Assembly (NCBI GenBank): GCA_963675745.2
Contig: CAXXWX010000026.1
Coordinates: 192,001 to 256,000 of the forward strand
Direction of reading: 5' to 3'
DNA: 64,000 bases
Source: Phycisphaerae bacterium
Lineage (GTDB): Bacteria > Planctomycetota > Phycisphaerae > UBA1845 > Fen-1342
Below, one piece after another: positions 51,889 to 61,239 of this stretch (position 1 is the first letter of the stretch; each line of letters starts with the position of its first letter). The translations under genes were made by a program, and so were the position numbers. The notes under the pieces are model-generated. The model ran no database searches, was not told where the DNA came from, and saw nothing but the letters and a program-made list of their open reading frames with translations.

Positions 51889-54003
51889 ATGAAGCATCTA
51901 TCTTTGGTTGTCGGTTTGATCGTCTACACCGCAACGGCATGGGCGGACACGGTCCTGGTAGAACCGGTCGGTCAAATCGGCGGATTGAGCTTATCCGTCG
52001 CAGCCTCGGGCGATATTGCCTGCGTGGGGACCGGACCACGCCTGACGATTCTGGATGTGTCGGATCGGTCCAACCCGAGATTTCTGGGACAGTCTGGCAT
52101 ACTGCCACGAGTAGTGTCAGGCGTAGTCATCTCGGGTGATCACGCATATGTAACCGATGGGTCCGCGAACATCACGGTGATAAACATCGCGAACCCAGAC
52201 TCCCCCTTCCAGGAAATCGCGTACGAGACCAACCTTAGGCTGATTGACAATCTGGTGGTCTACGGCAATTACGCGTACGTGGTGGGTATCTCGGGCGGTA
52301 TCTCAGGCGGCGTTCAGGTGGTCGACATCTCGGTGCCGGCCAATCCGTTGTCGGTGAGTGAATACCCCACGAGTGGGAGGGCTTGGGACGTGGCGGTTTC
52401 CGGAAACTACGCTTACGTTGCAGACTCGGAAGATGGTCTCGTAGTACTCGACATCTCGAACCCGGCCGCACCGGTCCAAGTAAGCACGTATAATACGGGC
52501 GCGTCTGCCCACGGCGTTGCGATCTCGGGTGATTACGCTTATGTAGTAACGGACGAAGGCCTTCAGATCGTCAACATCGCGGACCCAAACGCCCCGAACG
52601 GCGCCGGTGTATATCCTACGACGACTGTCCATGCCACAACGATTTTGGGCGACTATGCCTACCTCGCGCGCTACCACTCCGGCCTCCAGGTTGTCAATAT
52701 CCAGGATCCGAACGATCCCCGCTGGGTGAGCGACTACGACACGAACGGAAGGGCCGTCGATGTCAGTGTTTCAGGCGACTACGCATATGTCGCAGATGCG
52801 GAAGACGGTCTTCTGGTGCTCGATATCTCGGACCCGGCCGCACCCGACCCGGAGGGCGCGTACGACCAGAGCGGCGAACCCATGGACGTAGCGGTCTCGG
52901 GCAACTATGCCTACGTGACGGATTTCCATGCCGGCCTCTTTGTAATCAACATTTCCGATCCGAACGTACCGGTACTGGAAGCCGCGCATGATACGGCCGG
53001 CGATTTCGCTTGGGGCGTCGCGGTATCGGGTGACTATGCCTACGTAGCGGTTCACGACGCTGGTCTTGAGATAATCGACGCCTCGTTTCCACCTGCCCCC
53101 GAGTGGGCCAGTACGTGTGACACGAGTGGGTCGGCCAGCAGCATAGCGGTCTCGGGCGACTACGCCTTTGTCGCGGATGGCCAAGGCGGCTTTCAGGTAT
53201 GCAATGTCTCCGACCCTGCCGCACCGCACCTGGGAAGTACGCTGCCTACGAGCGGTTATGCCCGTGGCGTCGCGATCTTCGATGACTACGCCTACGTGGC
53301 GGATGGCGACGCTGGCCTTCAGGTAATCGACATTTGGGATCCGAACAATCCGGGCTGGGCGGGTGACTACAACACGAGTGGGCAGGCCTACGCTGTAGCG
53401 ATCTCGGGTGACCACGCCTACCTCGCGGACGGCACCGCCGGCCTTCAGGTGATCAACATCTCGGCCCCGTCCAATCCGGCTTGGGAGGGTGAATGCATCA
53501 CGACCGGAGACGCCCGTGGTGTGGCCGTCTTAGGCGACTACGCCTACGTGGCGGATGCGGGGGCCGGTTTGCACGTGATTGATGTTGCCGATCCGAGCGC
53601 ACCGTCTCGAAAGGGTGGATACGACACGAGCGGGTACGCCTACGGCGTAGCGGTCTCGGGCGACTACGCCTACGTCGGCGATGGGGATGGCGGCCTTGTC
53701 ATTCTGCACGTAACCCCCGACTGCAACGAAAACGGCGTCGCCGACAGCGACGAGATTACCGCCGGTACGAGTATGGACCTCAACGGAAACGGCATCCCCG
53801 ACGAGTGTGAGGCGCTCGGCGATATGAACTGCGATGGCTGGGCCAACAACGGCGACATCGACGCGTTTGTCTTCGCCATGTCGTATCCCGAGCAGTACCC
53901 CGGTGAGTATCCCGATTGCGACATCATGAACGGCGACGTCAACGGTGACGGGTGGGTCAATAACGGCGATATCGACGCGTTTGTGGAGCTGCTCACGCGG
54001 TGA
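51889..54003 (+). CDS. Secreted LVIVD-repeat beta-propeller protein with a C-terminal dockerin-like domain
   Basis: SD GGAGG; ~13 V.VSGDYAYVADG..GL.VIDISDP..P repeats; DCN.NG..D..E; GDMNCDG...GDVNGDG. Confidence 0.9.
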   Translation: MKHLSLVVGLIVYTATAWADTVLVEPVGQIGGLSLSVAASGDIACVGTGPRLTILDVSDRSNPRFLGQSGILPRVVSGVVISGDHAYVTDGSANITVINIANPDSPFQEIAYETNLRLIDNLVVYGNYAYVVGISGGISGGVQVVDISVPANPLSVSEYPTSGRAWDVAVSGNYAYVADSEDGLVVLDISNPAAPVQVSTYNTGASAHGVAISGDYAYVVTDEGLQIVNIADPNAPNGAGVYPTTTVHATTILGDYAYLARYHSGLQVVNIQDPNDPRWVSDYDTNGRAVDVSVSGDYAYVADAEDGLLVLDISDPAAPDPEGAYDQSGEPMDVAVSGNYAYVTDFHAGLFVINISDPNVPVLEAAHDTAGDFAWGVAVSGDYAYVAVHDAGLEIIDASFPPAPEWASTCDTSGSASSIAVSGDYAFVADGQGGFQVCNVSDPAAPHLGSTLPTSGYARGVAIFDDYAYVADGDAGLQVIDIWDPNNPGWAGDYNTSGQAYAVAISGDHAYLADGTAGLQVINISAPSNPAWEGECITTGDARGVAVLGDYAYVADAGAGLHVIDVADPSAPSRKGGYDTSGYAYGVAVSGDYAYVGDGDGGLVILHVTPDCNENGVADSDEITAGTSMDLNGNGIPDECEALGDMNCDGWANNGDIDAFVFAMSYPEQYPGEYPDCDIMNGDVNGDGWVNNGDIDAFVELLTR

Positions 54004-54086
54004 GCAGGTGCGGCGAGCCGCACGCTACGGAGCCGTGGCACACACTTGTTTGAACTGGCGACGCGCAGCCGCGTATTAACCTGCAT

Positions 54087-55232
54087 ATGAGCGGCTTGAA
54101 TATTATGGCCGGCGCTGCGGCCGTCTTGGTGGCAGCCGTCGCGGCCGTGGTGTGGACATTGAGCTTACGGGGTGGCCCGGCGCGGCTGACAATCACGCGC
54201 TTGGGCTTCACCGCAATTACAACCGGCGGAACAGCGGCCATTACCTGCCTCCTGCTGGCGCTGCTCGTCGCCGGCGCTGGTGGGCGCGGCTGGGCGCTGC
54301 GCGTCGTGTTCTGGTCGCTCATGCTGGCCCCCGCCGTTGTCGGCGTCTGCGTACTGGTCCAGGCCCTGCGTCGATCGCGTGGTTTTGCGCGCGGCTTTGC
54401 CATCACGGGGGCGCTGCTCGGACTGCTGGCCCTCCCCATCGGACTCTACGCCACGCTCATCGAGCCCTATTGGCTGGATGTCAGGAGAGTTGACGTACCC
54501 ATCGCCGGTTGGCCGCCCGACGCGCCGCCCATCCGCGTCGCCGTCCTGGCCGACATCCAGACCGATCAGGTCGGCCCGTACGAGCGCGGCTGGATCGCCG
54601 CGACGCTGGCCGAGAAACCCGACCTCATCATCATGCCCGGCGACTTTTTCCATTGCTGGGGTACGTTGTTCGCCGATCGCCGTCCCGAGTTTGTCGCGCT
54701 GCTGCGGCAACTCGAAGCACCGCTGGGAGTCTATGCCTGTCGCGGCAACATCGATCCCCCGGAGCGCACTCAGCAGTTGTTCCGCGAGACCGGCATCAGA
54801 CTCCTGCGTGACGATGTGTGCGTCGTAAACGCCCCCGGCGTGCGATTGGCGGTGGGCGGGTCCGACTACCGTTACTGGAACAGCAGCGATCCGCCCTTCC
54901 TGCACCAAATGCGCGACGTCGATGCCGATGCCCGCCTGTTAATGTCCCATAAGCCCGACGCCGTGCTGGGCGCACGTTCCGGCGACATGGTGGATCTGAT
55001 CGTTTCGGGACACACGCACGGGGGCCAGGTCGTGATTCCCGGGTTCGGCCCGCCGTTCACAGCGTCGCGTGTACCGCGTGCCGTGGCCGCGGGCGGTGTA
55101 CACCAGGTCGAGGGACAACAGATCTACGTCAGCCGGGGGATCGGCATGGAGCGCATCGGCGTGCCGCCACTGAGGTTCTTCTGCCGCCCGGAACTGACGA
55201 TCCTGACGCTGCGCCCGCCGGCGGGGCACTGA
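54087..55232 (+). CDS. Membrane-anchored metallophosphoesterase (YkuE-like)
   Basis: 3 TM helices; LADIQ, PGDF, GNID, SHKPD, SGHTHGGQ, YVSRGIG, RPE. Confidence 0.9.
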   Translation: MSGLNIMAGAAAVLVAAVAAVVWTLSLRGGPARLTITRLGFTAITTGGTAAITCLLLALLVAGAGGRGWALRVVFWSLMLAPAVVGVCVLVQALRRSRGFARGFAITGALLGLLALPIGLYATLIEPYWLDVRRVDVPIAGWPPDAPPIRVAVLADIQTDQVGPYERGWIAATLAEKPDLIIMPGDFFHCWGTLFADRRPEFVALLRQLEAPLGVYACRGNIDPPERTQQLFRETGIRLLRDDVCVVNAPGVRLAVGGSDYRYWNSSDPPFLHQMRDVDADARLLMSHKPDAVLGARSGDMVDLIVSGHTHGGQVVIPGFGPPFTASRVPRAVAAGGVHQVEGQQIYVSRGIGMERIGVPPLRFFCRPELTILTLRPPAGH

Positions 55233-55384
55233 AACGGGCGGTGTTTGGGGGGACTCCCGCTTGCGCATATTGCATGCTTCATTGGAGGTCCACTCTTTCG
55301 TATCAGGAGTAATCGGACGTGGCCGGAAGACAGATCGCATGCACGCCTATCGCCCGGCCTGTGATCACAGCGCAGACAAACGCG

Positions 55385-55711
55385 ATGCCCCCCACACCGC
55401 GCCCGGCGTACCCGATCGAGCCGCCACGCGCGCAACTGGACGGGCTGTCCGTCGCTTCGGCCGTGTGCGGCTTTACGGCGATCATCCCGGTGATCTCTCA
55501 AGTCGCGGGGCTCGCGCTGGGTATCGCGGGGTTGCTGCGGATCAGACGTGCGCGCCGCGCGGGACGCGTGTTAACCGGCCGCGGGTGGGCGTGGGCCGGC
55601 ATCGTCAGCAGCACGTGCATGTTGTTTGTCTGGCTCATTGTCGTCACGCTGTTGACCATCATCGCCGGCGCATTCCTGCAAATCGGCAACGCGCTGCCGA
55701 TGACCGGCTGA
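55385..55711 (+). CDS. DUF4190-domain membrane protein
   Basis: GLSVASAVCG, LALGIAGL.RI, GRGWAWAGI. Confidence 0.75.
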   Translation: MPPTPRPAYPIEPPRAQLDGLSVASAVCGFTAIIPVISQVAGLALGIAGLLRIRRARRAGRVLTGRGWAWAGIVSSTCMLFVWLIVVTLLTIIAGAFLQIGNALPMTG

Positions 55712-55742
55712 ACACCCAAGCACCGGCGTCACTCCTCATCCC

Positions 55743-55760
55743 GACAGGTTGCAACCTGTC
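55743..55760. repeat. Perfect 18-bp palindrome (REP-like)
   Basis: GACAGGTTGCAACCTGTC. Confidence 0.6.
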
Positions 55761-56033
55761 ACAATCAGCAATCAGCTTGACACGGCACCAAACTCGTGGA
55801 AGAGTTCTATAAGAGGTGAGTGCGGTGTGAGCGCATAGGCTATCATCGATTCTCATCATCAAGATACATCATCACCTCCACCCACCTGCCTCCCGACAAA
55901 AAACGCCGCAGACAACCCGCAAACGGCTGACGCCGCGCGCTCGTGCCGTGGCGACGGTCGTCAGGTGGCGGCTGTACGCCGCACGCGGCCACCGCTGCGC
56001 CCGGCGCACACCCGCAGCACAGGAGGACTGCTG

Positions 56034-57689
56034 ATGAACCCGCCACGCCGGTCATGGTGCGCACGCGGTTTTTCGTGGTGGCTGCGGCGTAACCCAATGT
56101 ATCTGCTCAGTGCCGGCTGCATGGCGGTCGGCGCACGCCTCTATCTGGTGAGCCCCTCGGCACGCGCCGGCGACCTCGGCCTGATACTGCTGACGATGGG
56201 CGCGCTGCAACTATACGAGTGGCTGGTGCTGGCAATCCTCGTCGCCCTGCGCCGTTTTCGGCGTTCCCCGGAAGACGCGCCCTCGCTCATGCTGGTCGTG
56301 GCTGTGTTCTGGACCGGACCGCTGGCGGCGACCGCCGAAATGGGAGCGCGCGATGCACATCAGGGCTTGATTTTCTCGATCGCCGTCGGGCTGTTTGCAC
56401 TGCTCGAGCTCCTCCTGACACCGCGCGCCCTGACACTGCGCTTCAGCGCGGCCGTCCGCTTCCAGGCGCTGGCGGCCGTTGCCCTGCTGGTCGTCACGCC
56501 ACGCGTGCTCCACGTATACGACGACAGCGGCACAAACGAGCTGTTCCTGTACAGCGTGTGGTGGTGCCTGGCCGCGCTGGCCCTGTTTGCAATCGCGAGC
56601 CTGCGCGCGTCAGCTCGCCACACAGACGGCCACGTGGAGCCGCTCTTCAGTCTGCTGCTGGTCGCCGCGGTTGTAACGCATCTGTACGGCATGAACTACG
56701 CGTTCCTGGGCCATGCGCGCCTGTTTTACGTCGCACCACTGCTGATCGCGTTGTCGGCGGTCGCGTGCGAGTACCTCGGGCAGCGCGGCACACAACCCGC
56801 ATGGCGACATTGCGTCGTAGTCTTGCTGCCGGTTGCCGCGATCGCCGTTTCCTGCCAGCACTTTCACGCGGACTTCCCGGTCAGAGCGATACCGTTCTGG
56901 CTGCGCGACCCGCTGTCAACCGCGCTCATCGGCGCCGCGCTCGCGTGGTGGTTCGGCGCGCAGCGCCTGCGGTCTATCACGCTTGCTCACCTGGGCAGCG
57001 GCGCGCTGGTTGTGGGCCTGCTGCGCGCGACCGGCCGGCTGGTGCCCCAACCGGGGTCCCCGGTTGTAACACCGCTGCCGGGATTGGATGTGCGCGCGGC
57101 CCTCGCCCTGCTGCTTGGCGTCTTGACTGCGTACTTGCTGGTGACCGCTATCCTACGACGCTCACGCGCGGAAGCGCTGCTGGGCCTGATTGCGCTCCAG
57201 CCGGCCATCGGCGCACACTTCTGGGGGCATGAACATCTGCTGTTGGCCCTCGGACTGGTTGGATCGTGGAGCATCCTGCTCGGCCAACATCTGCAATCGC
57301 GCCGACCACGCGCGGCGGCGCTGCTGACTTCGATTGCACTGATGCTGGCAATCTCGTGGATCCACGACCACGACGAGACCGTCTGCTGGCAGGTGCGCGC
57401 CAACATGGCGGCGCTGGTCATGACGCTTTTTGCGGTTGGACATATCTGGCCGGCCACGCGCTACCGCAGCGTCGCCGGCGGCGTTGTGGCCGCCAACGGA
57501 CTCCACGCGACGGCGCGAATCATCGCCGGCGGGCCGCAGCCGGTTGCAACGCTCGTGATTGTGGCGGCGTTTGCCCTGTTGCTCGCGGGGGCCGCGATCA
57601 GTTGGTGTAAACGAGCGCTGCTGGCGCTGACGCACGCGCCCGGCACAACTGAGCCGACGCGTCCACCAACAGCGGACTGCGAGCCATGA
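56034..57689 (+). CDS. Polytopic membrane protein of unknown function
   Basis: SD AGGAGG; NPMYLLSAGCM; many hydrophobic segments. Confidence 0.75.
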   Translation: MNPPRRSWCARGFSWWLRRNPMYLLSAGCMAVGARLYLVSPSARAGDLGLILLTMGALQLYEWLVLAILVALRRFRRSPEDAPSLMLVVAVFWTGPLAATAEMGARDAHQGLIFSIAVGLFALLELLLTPRALTLRFSAAVRFQALAAVALLVVTPRVLHVYDDSGTNELFLYSVWWCLAALALFAIASLRASARHTDGHVEPLFSLLLVAAVVTHLYGMNYAFLGHARLFYVAPLLIALSAVACEYLGQRGTQPAWRHCVVVLLPVAAIAVSCQHFHADFPVRAIPFWLRDPLSTALIGAALAWWFGAQRLRSITLAHLGSGALVVGLLRATGRLVPQPGSPVVTPLPGLDVRAALALLLGVLTAYLLVTAILRRSRAEALLGLIALQPAIGAHFWGHEHLLLALGLVGSWSILLGQHLQSRRPRAAALLTSIALMLAISWIHDHDETVCWQVRANMAALVMTLFAVGHIWPATRYRSVAGGVVAANGLHATARIIAGGPQPVATLVIVAAFALLLAGAAISWCKRALLALTHAPGTTEPTRPPTADCEP

Positions 57690-57692
57690 TGG

Positions 57693-58205
57693 TCAGCACG
57701 ATTGGCGCAGGTTCAGCAGAAGCTCAACCTCGCCCAGCGGCATATCGAGCGCCTGCGCGATCTGGATTGGTGAGCGCCCGTCATCCGCCAGGCTGCGCAC
57801 CTGCTGGAACTGCTCGGTGTCCGGCACGGTGAATGACGTGTCCTCATCAGCAGCTTGTTGCCCGGGTTCGGCAACAGCGCCGCCGCTCGCGAGCGAGCGC
57901 AGCTTGTTGATGCGCTGGTCGGCGTCGCGGATAAGACACTCCAGCTTGGCCGACTTGGTGTCCAGTTGCGCATTCAGACGCCGCGTGAACTCCTCCAGTC
58001 CGATCATGAGCGTGTCCATCGAGTTACGGACCTCGCGCTCTTCACGCACCTGCTCGAGCATACGCCGCGCCGGATCACCCCGCTGCCGCGCATCGCGGCG
58101 TCCGCGCCGAACGGTCCACAGCCCGATCGCGGCGGCGACAATGACCATGAGAGCCGGAACAAATGAGCTACCCGACCATCCCTCTGCCAAGTGCAGCATC
58201 AGCAC
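57693..58205 (-). CDS. Membrane-anchored coiled-coil protein with a C-terminal HTH-like motif
   Basis: One TM segment; LDTKSAKLECLIRDADQRI; LADDGRSPIQIAQALDMPLGEVELLLNL. Confidence 0.75.
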   Translation of the reverse strand: MLMLHLAEGWSGSSFVPALMVIVAAAIGLWTVRRGRRDARQRGDPARRMLEQVREEREVRNSMDTLMIGLEEFTRRLNAQLDTKSAKLECLIRDADQRINKLRSLASGGAVAEPGQQAADEDTSFTVPDTEQFQQVRSLADDGRSPIQIAQALDMPLGEVELLLNLRQSC

Positions 58206-58253
58206 GCGCCTCGACCAGGCCGCTCGACCCGGCGGTGGTCGAACAGCGGTGAC

Positions 58254-59441
58254 CTATGACTTGTCCAGCCGGCGCCAGGCGGCCAGCGCGGTCTGCTGGA
58301 CTTCGCTCAGCGTTACGCCATGCGCTCGGGCCTGTGCCGCGCAGTCCTCGTACTCGGGCCAGGCCTTGGTCGTATCCTCGCCGCGGCACGCAACCTTGAC
58401 ATGCACCGTCCCATATGGGGTTTCGACCGCGACACGCCTGCGACTGAGCTTTGTGCGGCGACTCTCCCGCCGACGGACGCCCAATGTCGGCGTATGCGCA
58501 AATATGGCGCTCTCGAGCACCGCCACATCGGCCTGGCGACACAGCACGGTCAGCAACTGTCCGGGCCGACCCTTCTTCATGATTATCGGCACGATGAATG
58601 CATCGAGTGCACCAGCTTCGAAAACCTGCTCCAGCGCGAATGCTAGCGCCTGCCCGGTCGCGTCGTCGACCTGGGCCTCCAGGACCGTGACGACATCCTG
58701 CTCGCAGGCATCGTCGGCCGCCGGGATGCCGAGTATCACGCGCAGGATGTTCGCCCGCGTATCGCCCTCACGCGTGCCCGCGCCGTAGCCAACCCGATCA
58801 ATTGTGATCGGAGGCGGGGCCGTGAAGTCGGTGGCGAGCGTGGTGAGGATCGCGGCGCCGGTAGGCGTGGTCAGTTCACCCGGTTCATCACACGCTGCCA
58901 GCGGCACGCCGCGGAGCAGCTCCGCGGTCGCCGGCGCCGGGACGGGCATCACACCATGCTCACACGTCAGCGTGCCGGAACCGACCGGGATCGGCGAACA
59001 CAGAACGTGCGCGACTTCCAGCGCGTGCAAACCGGCGCACGCGCCGACAATGTCGACGATCGCGTCGGCGGCGCCCACCTCGTGGAAGTGGATCCGCTCG
59101 ACTGTGGTGCCGTGTACCACCGCCTCGGCTTCGGCCAGCCGCCGGAATATGAGCGTGGCCCGCTCGGACACCCAGCCGGGCAGCTCCGCGCCGGCGATCA
59201 TCTCAAGAATCTGCGGAAGGTGGCGATGGTGCCGCCGGGCCTGATCGCCGATCTCGACTCGCGCGCGCAGCGCGGCGATGCCGTGTCGCTTGACCCGCTC
59301 AGTCTCCAGCGAAACCCCTTCGAGCCCGAGCCGCGCGACCGTGTCGCGCAAAACTTCGATCGGGCAGCCGGCATCAACCAACGCCGCCAGGATCATATCC
59401 CCCGCCGCCCCACTGAAGCAGTCAAAGTATATGCACCGCAC
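58254..59441 (-). CDS. larC: Nickel pincer cofactor biosynthesis protein LarC
   Basis: YFDCFSGAAGDM, HFHEVGAADAIVD, PVPAPAT, ELTTPTGAA, MKKGRPG, PEYEDC. Confidence 0.94.
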   Translation of the reverse strand: MRCIYFDCFSGAAGDMILAALVDAGCPIEVLRDTVARLGLEGVSLETERVKRHGIAALRARVEIGDQARRHHRHLPQILEMIAGAELPGWVSERATLIFRRLAEAEAVVHGTTVERIHFHEVGAADAIVDIVGACAGLHALEVAHVLCSPIPVGSGTLTCEHGVMPVPAPATAELLRGVPLAACDEPGELTTPTGAAILTTLATDFTAPPPITIDRVGYGAGTREGDTRANILRVILGIPAADDACEQDVVTVLEAQVDDATGQALAFALEQVFEAGALDAFIVPIIMKKGRPGQLLTVLCRQADVAVLESAIFAHTPTLGVRRRESRRTKLSRRRVAVETPYGTVHVKVACRGEDTTKAWPEYEDCAAQARAHGVTLSEVQQTALAAWRRLDKS

Positions 59442-59495
59442 GTGTCATCCTCCGGGTTACCCCCTCGGCGAAGATTGTAGGGCAAAGAGGGAGAT

Positions 59496-59576
59496 GTCAG
59501 AAGTAAGAAACGCGCTGGCGCAAGCAAACCGCCACTCGATCGCGCGTTTCTTACTTCTGACTTCTGACTTGTGACT
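59496..59576. repeat. 20-bp perfect inverted repeat with ACTTCTG heptamers
   Basis: GTCAGAAGTAAGAAACGCGC (59496-59515) / GCGCGTTTCTTACTTCTGAC (59542-59561). Confidence 0.8.
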
Positions 59577-60459
59577 TCCCGTCTACAGCTCGAATCATCG
59601 CCTGCGTGCCCTTCTCACCACCGCCGGGCTCTGCCTCGACGGCGCGGAAGAGCTCTTGTGCGAGCGTGGTGCCGCGCAGCGTCAGGCCGGCTCGCTGAGC
59701 AGCCTCCTGGACTATGCGGAGGTCCTTCTGGATGAGCTTGATCATGAAGGCCGGTGCGAGATCGTCGGCGGCGATCTTGGGGCCGAGATTGCTCCAGGCC
59801 CACGAGCCCCCCGCACCCCCGGCCAGTGTTCTGAGCGTGACGTCGGCGTCGAGGCCATTGCGCTTGGCGAGCGTCAGGGCCTCGCAGACACCGATCATAT
59901 TGGCGGCGCAGAGAATCTGGTTGCAGGCCTTGAGCATCTGGCCGCTGCCGCTGGGGCCGACGTGCACCACGTGCTTACCAAGCAGCGTCAGCAGTGGCAG
60001 AACGCGCTCGAAGGCGGCCTTGTCACCGCCAACCATGATGGTCAGTGTCGCGTTGCGCGCCCCGACGTCGCCGCCGGTAACCGGGGCGTCGAGCAGTGTT
60101 ACGCCGCCCTCCGCCAATCGGCTGGCGAGTTCGCGTGTGCGCTGCGGGCTGATGGTGCTGAAGTCAACGACGCAGGCACCGCCCGCCAACGTCGCGGCCG
60201 CCCCGTTAGCACCGTACAGGACGGCTTCAACATCGGGGGTGTCGGTCACGTTGGTGAACAGAACGCGGCACCGACTGCCCACGTCGGCGGGACTTTCACA
60301 CCACGTAGCACCGGCGTCGATAAGTCCGTTGGCTTTCGTTTTGGTGCGGTTATAGACGAACAGCGAGTGCCCGGCGCGAAGCAGGTGCTCCGCCATGGGA
60401 GCCCCCATGATGCCGGTGCCGATGAAGCCGATCGACCAAGTTGCCTTTGACATGGACAA
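59551..60459 (-). CDS. NAD(P)-dependent oxidoreductase, 3-hydroxyisobutyrate dehydrogenase family
   Basis: IGFIGTGIMG, YNRT, LDAPVTGG, LTIMVGG, KACNQ, KDL. Confidence 0.93.
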   Translation of the reverse strand: MSMSKATWSIGFIGTGIMGAPMAEHLLRAGHSLFVYNRTKTKANGLIDAGATWCESPADVGSRCRVLFTNVTDTPDVEAVLYGANGAAATLAGGACVVDFSTISPQRTRELASRLAEGGVTLLDAPVTGGDVGARNATLTIMVGGDKAAFERVLPLLTLLGKHVVHVGPSGSGQMLKACNQILCAANMIGVCEALTLAKRNGLDADVTLRTLAGGAGGSWAWSNLGPKIAADDLAPAFMIKLIQKDLRIVQEAAQRAGLTLRGTTLAQELFRAVEAEPGGGEKGTQAMIRAVDGKSQVRSQK

Positions 60460-60578
60460 TCACCGTGACGCGGGATGTCATCGCCCGGACGCCAAAGGCC
60501 ACGAGCGGGACAACACCATCGCACACCGATCGGCGCAATCCGGCGCGCTTCTTAGCTTCCCACTTCGTCCATCCGGCG

Positions 60579-61220
60579 TCATTCGGCCGGCGGAGGCTCT
60601 GCCGAACCCTCAGGCGCCCGGGCCGGGACAGGTTCCTTGACTGGCGCCGTCGCGCTGGTCTCAGCTTTGGCGGCGGCGGCCTCACCCGCCTCTTCCGGTT
60701 CCACAGCCACATCGTCGAACGCATTCGGCACCGGCGTCAGAACCGTCACCATGTGGCGGCCGTCCATGCTCGGGTGCCGCTCGATTTTGACCTTCTCGCC
60801 GAACTCGCTGAGGATGCTTCTGAAAATCTCAAATGCAATCTCGCGATGGAAACGCTCGCGGCCGCGAAACTGCATCGTGAACTGCACCTTGTGGCCCTGC
60901 TTGAAGAATTTGATCGCCCGATTGAGCTTGATCTTGCGATCATTGGTATCCGTCTTCGGCCGCAGACGGACCTCCTTGAGCTGCTGCTCGTGGTGCTTCT
61001 TCTGGTTCTTCTTCTGGCGGTACTTCCATTTGCCGTAGTCCATGATACGGCAGACCGGGGGGCGCGCGCTTGGCGCGACCTCAACGAGGTCCATCCCGGC
61101 TTCACGAGCACGCCGCATCGCCTCGAACGTCTCGACGATGCCGATTTGCTCGTCATTGGCACCGATGAGCCGCACTGGTGATAGACGGATCTGCTCGTTG
61201 GTACGGAGATTCTGGTTGAT
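60579..61220 (-). CDS. infC: Translation initiation factor IF-3, probable ATC start
   Basis: NEQIR, DLVEVAP, PPVCRIMDYGK, LKEVRLRP, FRGRE; SD-like GGAAGGTGA 5 nt before ATC 61220. Confidence 0.95.
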   Translation of the reverse strand: MNQNLRTNEQIRLSPVRLIGANDEQIGIVETFEAMRRAREAGMDLVEVAPSARPPVCRIMDYGKWKYRQKKNQKKHHEQQLKEVRLRPKTDTNDRKIKLNRAIKFFKQGHKVQFTMQFRGRERFHREIAFEIFRSILSEFGEKVKIERHPSMDGRHMVTVLTPVPNAFDDVAVEPEEAGEAAAAKAETSATAPVKEPVPARAPEGSAEPPPAE

Positions 61221-61239
61221 GGGCGTCACCTTCCTTTCG

